Source of the DNA: Eledone cirrhosa
Lineage: Eukaryota
DNA: 64,000 nt
NCBI GenBank assembly: GCA_964016885.1
Contig: OZ024753.1
Span: 46,128,001 to 46,192,000, forward strand
Direction: 5' to 3'
Shown here piece after piece: positions 1 through 14,049 of the stretch. Every line of letters begins with the position of its first letter. Within the stretch, counting starts at the first letter, position 1. Both the position numbers and the translations under genes were made by a program. The notes under the pieces are model-generated. The model was not told the DNA's origin. It ran no database searches and was given only the letters and a program-made list of their open reading frames with translations.

Positions 1-84
1 ATGCATTAATGTTGATAATAATAATAATAATTGTATATATATATATATAGGTTTGTATGTGTGTACATATGTATCTATGAATGA

Positions 85-169
<85 letters not shown>

Positions 170-695
170 TATATACATATATATATATATTTTTATATAT
201 ATCACAAAAATGGCCAAACGTAAAACATAATCACAAACACATATATATATACGCATATATATGCATAGGGAGAGAGACAGAGAGAATGTAAGAGTAAGCT
301 AGAGAGAGAGGGGAGGTCTTTCTCATCTATTGAGAGAAACGCCACAGGAAAAACACATAAAAAAAAAAAACCAAAAAACAGAAGCAAAGGAATAAAAATA
401 AGGAGAAAAGCAAAAATGTAGAAAATGATAAAAGAAAATCAAGATAGAAATAGAGATATGTAGATGAAATTTGAAAGGAAGAGAGGAATTGGTTGACACA
501 TGTTCTGCTTCGCTGATATTCTTCTAAGTCTAGTCAACCAGAACACTTTTATCTTTACAGGGATAAATCTTTCCTAAAAATACAGATTTTTTGCTTTGTC
601 AGAGAATCGTTGTAAAGTTGACGACCCAACAACGACATTTAGCTGAGTAACATAGCAAGATCTATGACTGCAGAGAAAATCATTTTGAATAATAT

Positions 696-837
<142 letters not shown>

Positions 838-1289
838 CTCATATACATATATTCATATGTGTTGGAATGTATGTATGTAAATAGGTATATATATATGTAT
901 GCATATATATACTCATATACATTTATTCATGTGTGTAGGAATGTATGTATGTATATATATACTCCTATACATATATTCATGTGTGTAGGAATGTATGTAT
1001 GTAAATATGTCTGTATGTATGTATATATGTATGTATGTACATATGTAAGTATGAGAAGACAAATGGTAGTGATCAATATCGAGTAATGCTATATATTCAA
1101 ATATTTTGTTGTGCAATATCTATCATAAAATATGAAATATATCGCATCTCATCCTTTATGTGGTATAAAGCCTATAGAAACTACTGTGACATAAAAACAT
1201 CTGTCTCTCTCTCTCTCTCTTTCTCCTCCATCTCTAGCCCATTCTCTTCTATCTTTCTTCTCACCCTCTCTCTCTCTACATGTGTCTGC

Positions 1290-1342
<53 letters not shown>

Positions 1343-1499
1343 TATATATATATATTTATGTGTGTATGTAAGTATGTATCTATATTCCAAAATATAATCT
1401 ATTTTTCTAATTAAATCCTCCCCTTCTGCCTTATACGTGACGTCTAGCTTATCGACTATTTCCAGAAAATCCTTCGACAACTTTGTTTTTCTATTTATT

Positions 1500-2085
1500 A
1501 ACTCTTAGTCCTGACATGATTTCACCTTATCTCAGTCACAATCCTATAAAACTATCTAACCTCTACTCACCAGAGTTTTGACCAAGCACTGCTGTAGACG
1601 AGACTCTAGATTAGAGGTCCTGTCCCATCAAGATGTTTTTATTTATTTCTAGAACCCAATCCTGCTATGTACAGTATTGTCTGTATCTCTTTCGTTATCC
1701 ACATCATGGTTTCGTCCTTTCTCCCTAAACCTTACGTTACTAATCACAACTTTTCCCGGCTAACCTTCCGTTACAATACCCGACATTTGTAACATATAAT
1801 ACTACATAAGTTCCATCTCCCGCAATCCTACTCTCAGCAGCTTTCACATCTTTTTTTTACCCACATTCCCAGGTGAGCTAAACTACAGTCTACCACCTCT
1901 TACCACCTCCCACCACACAATACCTGGTCATGCTTGTTTTTTCACCTATTGCGACTTCTGTCCTTTCACCCAGAACATTAGCAAATAACAAGAGCCTAGC
2001 TTTACTTTACACATCACTGATTCTTTCAAGAAAACATCCCAAATCGCCAACTACTGCAACAAATGCAAACCCATTGATATATTTA
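1500..2085 (+). pseudogene. Degraded Penelope-like (Neptune-type) ORF fragment, RT C-terminus to Cys-rich linker before GIY-YIG
   Basis: Manual translation gives LTFRYNTRHL*HIILHKFHLPQS (~1760-1830) and PGHACFFTYCDFCPFTQNISK*QEPSFTLHITDSFKKTSQIANYCNKCK (~1923-2070). These resemble the PLE linker pattern PG..C....C..C.F...F.ITDSF.C.S...Y...C..C. Stops and frameshifts are present. Confidence 0.5.
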
Positions 2086-2779
2086 TAGAGCATATATTAA
2101 TAAAGCCCCACTTTAAGGAATTCAAGTTTAAAAAAGAAAGAGTATATGTCTACTTTCTATATCCTGAATTAAGAATCCAATCATGATTAAATTCAGATTC
2201 CATTCATGAGATACCTGATAAAATAAATTGCAAAGTTATTCAAGTAAATATTCATTCAGTTTATCACACAAAAAGAATAAATTAAAAGAAAATAGATATT
2301 TACTGATCCCCGATATTCCATTTAACTGTTTAACTTGAAAAAATCTACCCCGGGAAAAAGAGGCGTCATTCTTCGAGCTAAAGTTAATATTTGTTTTATA
2401 AAATAAGTTCTGGTAAATCTATACATTATTGTTGATAAACGGTAAGGAATATTTTAAGATAGAATTACAATCCCACTCATGTGTCAACATAGAAGAATTA
2501 AGGTAAAACAAAGAAAGAATAAAAAGGATTATGTTGGGGATAAAATCAATAGACTACACTGTCAGCCAGTTAAATGGGGACCCAACTATACCCAGGAAAT
2601 ATATCGAAAATTAGAGCATGTACTTATATTGTACAGAGGTTAGCATGGTTGGATCGATACAAAATCTCTTTCGGTAGACTTTTCTAGCACTTCACGTTCT
2701 GAGATCTAATCCTATCTTACATGATTCCGTGGTGGATAAACTAAAGTACGATGGTCGACTTTATCAACTAACATTCGTT

Positions 2780-2872
<93 letters not shown>

Positions 2873-2914
2873 TCCTAAATATGACTAATAGCTTTAGGAA
2901 AACCATGAGCGAAA

Positions 2915-3250
2915 CCATATCTTTTTGATTTTGAAATTATGTTTATAATTATTAATTTTCATTATACTATTGTAGCTGTCTCGGTGGCCGAGTTGGATGA
3001 ATCATATACGGTGGTGACGCTGATCCGAGTTTCGATCCTGGTCGGGAGTAGGGGTCCCGCTAACCCTTTTCAGTTGGTTTTTTTTCTATGGGATGTAAAA
3101 TAAAAACTAATACGTTTACATGTACCTCTTGGCCAGGATTGAACCCAAGGCCAGGATCTCCACAGTCTCTAGCACCTAGCGCTAGGCTACTGAGACAACT
3201 ACGAAAATCTTATGAAAATTCCTACTTAGAAACCTACTTTCAAATTTTTC
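2915..3250. mobile_element. Element with two convergent tRNA-like heads inside imperfect long terminal inverted repeats (copy 1)
   Basis: The + head from ~2972 has A-box-like tggccgagttgg and B-box-like gtttcgatcc. The - head at 3130-3203 reads tagcctagcgcta...ggttcaatcc. The AT-rich flanks are also mutually inverted. Homologous copy at 53063-53340. Confidence 0.7.
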
Positions 3251-3299
3251 AAAACAAAATGATGAGTTGTTGTTCATGTCTTTCTTAATGTTATTGCTC

Positions 3300-3402
3300 C
3301 TACTTAAGTGGGCCCTGCAATGCTATTGTGGGCCCCTGCAATGCTACCGTGGGCCCCCCCTGGTGCCCACTTACCATTGGGCAACATGGCCAGTCCGCCT
3401 CT
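3300..3402 (-). mobile_element. Terminus of a hAT-like MITE
   Basis: Minus strand begins CAGAGGCGGACTGGCC followed by repeated gggccc(c) subterminal motifs, a pattern typical of hAT-type non-autonomous elements. No partner TIR found. Confidence 0.45.
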
Positions 3403-3508
3403 GCATATATATATATATCAAAATGTTCTCTCACAGAATTCATTCCCTCATATCATATTCTGTGAGAGAACATCGTTATTTTTCTCCCTCATGTCAAGAA
3501 TTTGAAGA

Positions 3509-3603
3509 CAATTCATTTTCACCTGATGAGATCAGTGATAATCGATCATGGCTTCACAATCGATCTATCTCTTATTGAAACATGTGTCGTGATTAAATGA
3601 TTG
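3509..3603 (+). ncRNA. Type I hammerhead ribozyme motif (GUC site)
   Basis: tcac-CTGATGA(3523-29)-long irregular stem II-GAAA(3577-80)-catgtg-TC-gtga. Stem I extends with tcattt/aaatga. Lies just after a TA tract and a 17-bp hairpin at 3423-3475. Confidence 0.6.
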
Positions 3604-3778
3604 GAATTTTACCCTGCCTTCGGATTTACATTTTGATACTTATACTCCGTTTTACATCATCTAGCTGCTCCCTTGAATGGAATTGGAGATATACAAAAGC
3701 GTGGAGAACTTAATATTGCTAACATAAATTTATTGGACCATTTTACACAACCAATAATGCACCTTACTATATAACAAC

Positions 3779-3812
<34 letters not shown>

Positions 3813-5051
3813 CTTGTTACACTTATTTATAATGGCAGTGTTCAATAGCGCTGTTGAGGTTGTTTAGCTCCAGCCACAACCCTCTGGGTGTACAGCCATA
3901 TGAACAAAGATATTCCAGCATTCATCAGCTTTCCTTTCTTGTTTAGACAGACGATTATATTCTATAATTAGATCAGTACATTGTTTGAAGGGTGTAATTT
4001 TCAGATATGTGATTGAAGTTTAGAGTATATGATCCCCTTTGCCAAAAGTCTAAGACCTGCTTCTTTGTGTTGAAAAACAACAACATTTCATCAGGGACCA
4101 AAAAGAACATTCAGTCAAACTTTGTTCCTGTAACTGTTTGCTACTCGCTGACATATCTCTCCATTCACATTGAACATTACCAACCTTACAGGACTTACCA
4201 ACTCTTCTTCACGTCACCTATATTCCCAGTCACCCCATTACATACATTCAAACGAAGTTTACTAATAAAGTGGTATCTCTGGCTCTATCTGAACTGCCGT
4301 TATATTGTGTCTAGAAATATTTCCATATCTTTGTTAAAACATCATAGGTTTACTTTCATATTCTCAACGTGTAGAATGTTAGAAGATGAAAATAATGCAA
4401 GCTGTAGGATATATCACTACAGAATGAAAGTCCTAGGTTTAGGGTAAAATATTTAATACATTGTTAAATAAATGAAATTTATTATTATAAGTTTTATTGT
4501 TCTAGACAATACAGAAATGCGTGGCTTTTCAATATCCTATTTCTCAAATAAACACCGAAAGCATCACAGTAACTGTAGATGTTGTTCCATAGACATTATT
4601 GTATTCAAAGCAGTTGTGAATAATTTAACATGACATCTTTATGATTATCTTATATTCCATTCCTTCTTCGTTCATTATTGATATCATTCATTTTAAATAT
4701 CAATTTCGTGAAATGAATTTCTTAAGAATTCAAACTTAGAATTAATTTCAAATATATCATATGATGTCGTCAAATAATTTTCATTTTCATAATATTTATT
4801 TCGCCTATCTCTGCATCAATCATGTCTCCAAGATTGCAAGTAGCAGTTTAATATTAGAATATCATTTCATAGACAATATCATATTGTATGTGTTCACTTC
4901 ACACCTGCTTCCTCTGTCAATTTAATGTGGAACAAGGGAAGAAAGTTAATTTAGTAAAGTTTAACTTAACTCACACTCACGCACAATGAGAATGATAATG
5001 CATACACAATTAGCACACCTATATTGTGAATATATATATATATATATATAT

Positions 5052-5191
5052 AAAATCAGAATGGATGCAGTAAAAACCTGTTAGACCATTACTCACCAGA
5101 GTACTTGATACTTGGTGTAGTAGAGTGTGGTAATATGAAAGAGTTTGGGACGCCGAAGGCTAAGGTCTTGCCGTTTTAACGGCTAGTTCCG

Positions 5192-5195
<4 letters not shown>
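5052..5195 (-). mobile_element. TA-inserted family E fragment (diverged)
   Basis: Aligns by eye with 36057-36190 (cagagtacttgatacttggtgtagtagagtg...gccgttttaacggctag). (TA)n on both sides. Confidence 0.65.
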
Positions 5196-5275
<80 letters not shown>

Positions 5276-5834
5276 GTATATATATATATATGTATATATA
5301 TATTTATATAATTGTTGTGTGGTTATTAAGTTCGCTTTGGAACCACAAGATTTCGGTTTAATCTCATTTTGTGGCTCATTAGGACATTTAGGTAAGTAAC
5401 GGGTTGGCTGATGACTTGTGTGTGTGTGTGTGTGTGTCCGTCGATGTCTGCAGTGTTTAATCGTAGTATATACCCTCTACCCTATTATTATTTGTATCAT
5501 TATTATTATTCTTAGTTGTCGTGCATATTTTGCTCAGAAAGTTTTGTTAATTTTCACCTGTTTGCTTAACGTTCTTTGTTAAAATTTGTTTATAAATTCT
5601 AAATTTATAGAATTTGCTGGTAACTCAATTAAATCCTGACAGAAATTTGTTAAGATTGATATACCAATCGTAACTTGTGATATATTACAAAACTTCAATT
5701 CATTTAATATAACAATTAGAAAAATATTTATTTTGTCGGATTAAAGAGAGAAATAATATTTAAATACATTCCTCTGCTTTCCTACTTTTACTTTTTTCCT
5801 ATAATCTTCTACTTATCCGCTTAAGCCGCTTTTC

Positions 5835-5974
<140 letters not shown>

Positions 5975-6417
5975 GCACATACACACTTGTTTGCGTAGGC
6001 ATATAATATATAATATTATGCATGAATATTTGTGAATTAGGTATATAAAAAATATTTTGTTTTATAAATATGAGAAGTCTATAAGTATCGGATGTTATTT
6101 AACGTTCAATTACTATATGCAACGAAATAATGTTGAAAAAAGCATCTTTGCGCAATGGAAAGGTTAATGCTTTTGGACATATTCCTGACATTCTACGTCT
6201 CTTTGCATATTACCGTAAATGTCTTGCAGACATTCAAAAGTTTTGGAAATCCTCAAATAACCTACGGTGCAATATAATCTCCGGATGTTTGCTCACCGAT
6301 TCTGAAATAATTGTATGTTGAAGAGGTCAATTGCTAAGACGGAAATACACAGAAATTGAAGTTTAACAATGCACGGTAACCTACGGTAAACATGCTTACT
6401 TATATGCAGACATATAA

Positions 6418-6487
<70 letters not shown>

Positions 6488-6501
6488 ATAGATAGATAGA
6501 A

Positions 6502-6589
<88 letters not shown>

Positions 6590-6666
6590 ATATTAAACGG
6601 GTCAGAAAAACTTCTTTCTTGGAGCTATTTAATTGTAAGAGAGTATTTTGAGTTTATAACTCAATA

Positions 6667-6712
<46 letters not shown>

Positions 6713-7988
6713 CTGTTTTGGGGCAGAACTTGTTCCCACTCACTGTGCTGCCATTTCACATCTCCTCAGGGACAAAATTCACTTTTATTATTTTCGAGGT
6801 CACTAACTAATAAATACCTGTCAAATACTGAGATTGATTCTTTCCCAACCTCCAGTCCCTCCCACTCTATCTCCCTGGAAGAAATCATTCTTCTGAAAAT
6901 AGAGTGGTATTGACTCTACCTTATATGATACCACAAGCAAGGAATTATATATATATCAAGCGTTAAATTAATATATTTCGTCATTGTACTGTGTCGTTTG
7001 CTTTGTTATTTCTGTTTACGTTTTGCGTACATATACATACATATACATATCTGTGTGTGGTTGTCTGTATGTGTGAGTGTGTGCGCGTGTATGTATGCGT
7101 ATCCGTGTGTGTGTGTATCCTATGTCTATCGATCTTGGCAATACCTCATGTATAGACAGATTATGTAAATGCTTCTTATAAAACTAGTATTGCTGAAGAT
7201 GTAAATCAACTTGATAGACTGATTTGCATATTATAATGCACACGTAACAGAAAGTTTGACTAATATGTTGCTGGTGCTTTAACAATAATTTCTTTCAATG
7301 ATATATCATACTTTCAAACAAATCTATAGATTTGTTAAACAACAATGTATGTATAGAAAAAACAAGATCAACAGATTTATTTTCAATTCTACGTCTGTGT
7401 TTCATAAGTGATCAGCTCTCTTCAGAATCATTGTTTGTAACATGACTATTAATGAAGGTTTAAGGAAATCAATCATTTTTTTTCTACACATATTTCACAT
7501 TGGTGACGTTAGTTCTTAGCACCAGATAATTCGCACCGGAGTATTTGGTATAACTTAGTTATACGTATTCGATGTCCCCCTAAGCTCTTCTTTTCTACCA
7601 CTTTTAACAAGGCCTCTGTTTACAAAGATAACAAATCTCATGCCACATTTACATGTAACCATCTCGTTTGTTCTCTTCACTTCTATATTGTTCACTCGGC
7701 AGTTCTTTCGCCAACAAACATTCAGTCTTTTTTATTTAGAAAACTCGGTCTCTCCATTTACCTTTCCTCACTTGACTAAGCTTATGTTTATTTAAGTACA
7801 CCATTAATCAGAGAGGACCTGCGAAGCATAATCACACATGATCCTTTAAAACAAACAAATATAAAATTACTATACAGGATTAACGCTCTCCATAAAATTT
7901 GTGTTGTTTTATCTTTGAAGACTCCCCTATGTTTCAGTTAGTATATGTCTACATATATGTATAAAGCAATAAAGTAATATGTATAAAT

Positions 7989-8019
<31 letters not shown>

Positions 8020-8528
8020 GCTACGTGTGTGGCTACGTGTGTGGCTGTGTGTATGAGGCTGAGACAGAGAGTCAATCAATAACATTGTGGGGCAAAAATC
8101 ATAATACTTCAAATAAAATATATATAAACAGTAATTAGAAATCTCCTAGTTGAATAAAATATGTATTTATATCATTATCTTTTTGTCATGATATATAATA
8201 AACAACAGCAAAATCAATAGGGTTCGGTGGTTTTCTTTTATTACCAGGAAATAGATCTGTTTGTTAGTGTGTATATATATTTCAGGACTACCACTGTGGC
8301 GAGACATAATAATATTTGTACACCCAACAGATACATAATTAAATACATATTTCATTGAGTTACAGCGAGAATAAAACATAGGATGAACGGCCCTCACGTG
8401 AGTCTTGTGTATTGTTATACAATAACATTCTTTCTCTACCTCCGTCTACATCCTTCCCAATGGGAAAAACATGCATGCATATATATATGGGTATGAAGCG
8501 TTCTGTGGTCATATGTATATATATATAT

Positions 8529-8900
8529 ATAATATAAGATCAAAAGATGGTTAAAGGAGTTCCATATATTTTATTATGCGCATTTCAAAAACAAACATCA
8601 TCAAGCAATAATATTTGTGTTTTCATCAGATAAAACAGGAGAATATGTTGATTTAAAACTGCACTATCAACAAGTGTTTTTTAGCCTTCATATCATGTTC
8701 TCCTGTTTTATCTGATGAAAACACAAATATTATTGCTTGATGATGTTTGTTTTTGAAATGCGCATAATAAAATATATGGAACTCCTTTAACCATCTTTTG
8801 ATCTTATATTATGCATACTCCAGTCCCACAAACTGTAGAGTGCTTCTTATCCGATATCTGCATTGCTTTATTGTACTACAATAAAACTCACCTCCTACAT
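8529..8900 (+). mobile_element. Fold-back HHR element family A, copy 1
   Basis: 115-bp inverted arms at 8529-8643 and 8698-8812, then a unique 3' tail ending cctcctac. (TA)n on both sides. Near-identical to copies at 35538 and 58586. Confidence 0.9.
8706..8772 (+). ncRNA. Minimal type I hammerhead ribozyme (mirror copy on - strand at 8569-8635)
   Basis: ttttat-CTGATGA-stem II (acaaatattattg/tgatgatgtttgt, G-U rich)-GAAA-tgcgca (palindromic stem III)-TA-ataaaa. Predicted cleavage after 8766. Confidence 0.85.
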
Positions 8901-8931
<31 letters not shown>

Positions 8932-9019
8932 CTGTGTATGTAAATATATATGTATTAATATATATGTATTTTTTCACCCAGGTAAGAAGAACGACGAAGT
9001 CCCTGACCTCATTGGCTTG

Positions 9020-9200
9020 CTGTATCATTGGACCAAGGAAACAATGTGACCTTTAGTCATTCCAATTGCTAATACTATCTCCCTGTCACAACTCCTGGCT
9101 GGTGAAAGGAGCAGCGTGAAAGAGAGTGTTTGTCGAAGGGCGCTAAGCATCGTCCAACCCGAGAATCGAACTCCCAACCTTTCCAGCTTTACTTTATCCG
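9020..9200 (-). mobile_element. Degraded tRNA-derived SINE fragment
   Basis: Minus-strand B-box-like gggagttcgattctcggg near 9160-9177. Confidence 0.35.
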
Positions 9201-9920
9201 ATATTCTCAACTACTATTAATAGTGATCATCTATTACTTTGTTGATTTGCGTTTGGACAACTACATTTCAAACTTTGCGTTGATATTATATAATTGTAAT
9301 TTTTGTTTTTGGAGGGGGGTATATATATATATGTATATATATATATATTTATATATATATGTATATATATATGTATTTATATATATATATACACACACAC
9401 ACAAAAATACAATTATATAATATCAACGCAAAGTTTGAAATGTAGTTGTCCAAACGCAAATCACACCCACTTATTTATACATACATATATATATATATGT
9501 GTGTGTATGTATGTATATATGTATATAAACGCATACATATATGATTTCATTCCCTTATTTCACCTAAGGTATAGATATTTCCCATTTATCAATGGACTGT
9601 ATTTGATCTCCATGGAATTATGGTTATAACTCGTCACAGAAGATCTGAATTTAAAGGAGACTTTAAAATCTCAAGACATTTCAGGAATATCAACAAGATC
9701 GTACAAAGTCTAAGGAATAATCTGTTTGTTTTTTCTATTTTATATCTATATTTTTTACAAATCAAGGTATATTTAAGCCGACATGATTTTAGTGGGTAGT
9801 GATTTGGGGCCAATGGCCAATGACACACCAGATGACGTCACATCGGTGTTTTCAATCGATCAGTTTCAGTGACAGGCTCAGAGAAGGAAGATATAATTCA
9901 TAGAACTAATCTCATAAATA

Positions 9921-10006
<86 letters not shown>

Positions 10007-10104
10007 GCGACGGAGTGTAATTTGTGTGCTGATATACGAAGGTCTACATATGAATATGAGTTGTTGTTATAAACTTCAGAATCATTCTAACATATATCAG
10101 CCTG

Positions 10105-10137
<33 letters not shown>

Positions 10138-10180
10138 ATATATAGATATATAATATATATATATAATATATATATATAAT

Positions 10181-10223
<43 letters not shown>

Positions 10224-10244
10224 TATATAATATATATATATAAT

Positions 10245-10315
<71 letters not shown>

Positions 10316-10356
10316 TATATATATATAAAATATATATATATATATAATATATATAT

Positions 10357-10408
<52 letters not shown>

Positions 10409-10412
<4 letters not shown>

Positions 10413-10800
10413 TATTAAAATAACAGATTAAAGTTTAAGCAAAGAAATCGTTGCTTTCACCCTTAACGGGATCTTCTGAAACTAAAAAAATCAATCTGTG
10501 AACACAGAAGTAAATATTTCGAAAAACGTTGCAACCGAAGGAAAACAGGTAGACGATACTTTGGTTCGTGAAGACGTTCCCTGGCAAAGAACGGAAAAAA
10601 ACGAAGATAATACGTCATTCACAGATTGATTTTTTTTTTTAGTTTCAGAAGATCCCGTTAAGGGCGAAAGCAGCGATTCTTTGCTTAAACTTTAATCTAT
10701 TATTTTAATAAATATTTGCTCTATGGTTCTCATATATTTGATATATATTTATCCTTATTGAGCCCTCTTTGGATTTTACTCTTCACATTTATTATTATTA
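10409..10800 (+). mobile_element. Fold-back element family B with CAGAAGA-core HHR-like motif
   Basis: ~95-bp inverted arms at 10409-10502 and 10618-10715 around a 115-bp spacer. TA tracts on both sides. A third fragment lies at 10978-11017. Confidence 0.8.
10641..10691 (+). ncRNA. Variant hammerhead motif (mirror on - strand at 10432-10483)
   Basis: agttt-CAGAAGA-t-ccc gttaa ggg-c-GAAA-gca...tgc-TT-aaact. All three stems pair but the core has A instead of U4. Confidence 0.6.
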
Positions 10801-10801
10801 C

Positions 10802-10865
<64 letters not shown>

Positions 10866-10869
<4 letters not shown>

Positions 10870-10918
10870 GCCGTCGAAACGGCTTGAGCTCAGCTGTCGG
10901 GGTCTTACTGGTTCCTAT
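10866..10918 (+). mobile_element. Family E fragment in TA tract
   Basis: Identical by eye to 36206-36259, including the same end point (ggttcctat). Confidence 0.85.
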
Positions 10919-11014
10919 ATATATATATATATATATAGTAATAATAATAAATTAGAAGACTAATTCTATCAAGCACCGATTCTTTGCTTAAACTTTAATC
11001 TGTTATTTTAATAA

Positions 11015-11139
<125 letters not shown>

Positions 11140-11605
11140 AGGAAGACGAGCTGTGGAACAAGTGCCTAGCAAACGGCGGCCACCCATGTTCAACATTGAA
11201 TTAAAGCGCGAGACGAAGTAGCTTGAGTGTATGTTTGCACATCATCAGCTACAACATATCCAGTCCTCCAAGCAGCGGGTGTTCACAGTAAATGGATCGC
11301 CTGGCAATTGGGCTTTGATAATAATACTCCTGCTTAGATGGTAAGGTATCTCTCGTTAGATAAAACTCCCCTGGTGGATTGAGTGGATGATTGAATGTTT
11401 TATTTCTTTGTGTCGCAACAAATATTTGTGTAGCTTAAAACGGGATTTCAGTCTATTAGACGTTATACCGATATACGCCCTGTATTCAGTTTGGTTTCAA
11501 CGTCGTATATATTATATATATACATGTAGGTATGTATGCATATATGTGTCTGTGTCTGTGTGTGAGTGTGTGTATGTATGTATATATATATAGAGAGAGA
11601 GATAC

Positions 11606-11654
<49 letters not shown>

Positions 11655-11947
11655 AATGTATGCATGTGTGTGTGTATTTGCAAGCAGACACTGGCACTAA
11701 CACACACACTCTCACACAAACCCAGAGTGTCAGACACACATAAGTCTACATTATTAGATTGCCTAGCAAATTTATAGATTTCAGGGAAGATAAATCGATT
11801 AACATAAAATTCTGGATATAGATGGATAAATAGTGAGAAATATGAGACAGGGGAAAATATGGCGGAAGATAAACAGAGATACAGACACATAAAGCCAGGA
11901 GACAACTCAATATTTCTTTAACTCGGCTTCATTATTAATCAATGAAT

Positions 11948-11986
<39 letters not shown>

Positions 11987-12977
11987 CTGTTTGTTTGTGT
12001 GTGTTTGTGTGAGTGCGAGTATATGTACACACACACATATATGTGTATGTATGTGAGTGACTGTCAATCTGTGTGTGTGGAGGGTGGTTTTATGTCATTA
12101 GCTCACATCATACGATTCCAACAACTATATAACTATAGAAATCTGTTCTAACAGAGTCAGACCAATATTTCATTCTCAACTACTTCATTCTATTTCATTC
12201 TTTCTTTACTCTTTCTCTCTTTCATTCATTTCATCAACACGGCGGCAACTCTTTGTAGTTCTAAATCACCTTTACACACTGAAAGGAAAAAGGAAAGAGA
12301 GGAAGAAAGAGAAAAAGAAAAAAAAACTAAGAAAAGCAAAGTAAAGAGACATCATTAAATCTCATCCTTCCTTCCTTTCTTTCGCTTTTTCTTCTTCCTT
12401 TTCTTTCATATCTGTCTTTCGTCTCCTTCTTTATTTCTCATCGTTTCATTTCATTCGTTCGTACGTTGGTTTTTCTATCTCCTTATCATTCTATTGAAAA
12501 CGCCGGCGAAAATTACGTTTTTATTACTGTCTTGACCACCTGCTTAACTGGACAGTGAGTGGACAGAAGATCTTTAAACATTCAATAGATCCGATTTGGA
12601 ATAAAATGACATCTGCCATTCTCTTAATTAACATAGCTATCCAGCCAATATTGGAGGTGTTCAGGGATGTTCTACCATTAATGTTCCTTCTTTTATTTAG
12701 TTTAGTTATTTTTATTTATTATATGTGTTTTACGTGTGTTTCACTTGTTCGTTACTGGCGAGGATTGGACTAACGCCCGTTTAATACTGGCTTAAAATTG
12801 TCTTTCATTCGTACACCATTGTTGCTTCGTTTTCCTGCTTCTCTCTCTCTCTATCTATCTATCTATCTACCTATATATCTCTCTTTCTCTCTCTCTCTCC
12901 CTCTCTCCCTCTCTCTCTCTCTCTCTCTCATATACACACACACACATACACCCAACACACACACAAACATATACACA

Positions 12978-13051
<74 letters not shown>

Positions 13052-13231
13052 GTAGTTATCTGTAAAATGTTGTCAACAGATGTATTTTTTCGTTTGTTTG
13101 TATATACTCAAATATATAACTATATATAGACATGTAAACATTTGGTTGGCTTAAGAAACGGAAAAATTTGAAATTTAGTCGTCTCTACACAGAAATGCTT
13201 AGAATAATCTAAAAGATGGAATTAGTCGCCA

Positions 13232-13340
13232 GCGGCTCTATAGTGAATTGCTTAATGTATTCGTTCGGCTCTATAGCATATTTTTACCGTTTTCGCTCGG
13301 TTCTATAGCAAATTATTTACCGTATTCACTCGGCTCTCTA
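13232..13340. repeat. Diverged ~33-bp tandem repeat, 3-4 copies
   Basis: Recurring cgg(c/t)tctatag...taccgt.ttc.ct units. Confidence 0.65.
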
Positions 13341-13719
13341 TCTCAGTTCTATTCACTCTGTCTGCTGCGGTAATTCACCCGATTCTTTCAATAAAAATCA
13401 ACTACTATTACAGCTAGTTCTGCATTGTATCTGTAGTCCTAAAAATCATAAATGTTTCTATTTGGGGTAAAACATATTTTATCACTAGTAATTTCGGTGT
13501 TTTCTTCCAATTATAATGTAATCTTGCTAATTCACAGAATAGTAAGTTGGGTATATTAATAAGACTATAACTGAAACAGCTTGGGTATTAAGACATCATA
13601 TTCAGCATAAAGTTTCCTACTAAGTCTATTAAGTTAATACGTCTGTACTGCTATTTATTTCGTATTTCAGTGTAGAACTGTTTTCTGTCTAGTTTATTGC
13701 CTTTGTTTAGTTTATATTC

Positions 13720-13892
13720 ATATAATTGTTTCTACTTTTGGCACAAGGCCAGCAATTATCACAGTGTATTACTGGTACTTTATTTTATCGACACAGTAAG
13801 GATGAAAGGCAAAGTTAACCATGGCGGGGTTTGAACTCAGATCATAAAAGGCCGTAACTCTACGCTCCAAAGCATGGCGTCCGACCCTCTAT
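13720..13892 (-). mobile_element. Octopus-type tRNA-derived SINE
   Basis: Reverse complement of the SINE at 40355-40540 (ctgagttcaaa...gttaactttgcctttcatcc...gtcgataaaataaagtaccag...ctggccttgtgcc). Confidence 0.85.
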
Positions 13893-14049
13893 ATATTATA
13901 TTCATATAATACCATTTTCTCTGTGTCTTTACCTAACAGGATCTTGTCTTGGTGTATATGTGTTTGCTTTCATGTGGTTTCTGCTGTTTGTACGTATGTG
14001 TTTATGTGTGTATTTGTGTATGAGTGTGTGTGTTGTATGCATGGGGGTG

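Noticed and set aside
2972-3050. Functional tRNA genes at 2972, 3130 and 53200
   Set aside because: Stems do not pair into a clean cloverleaf and the copies differ widely. Treated as repeat-borne tRNA-like heads.
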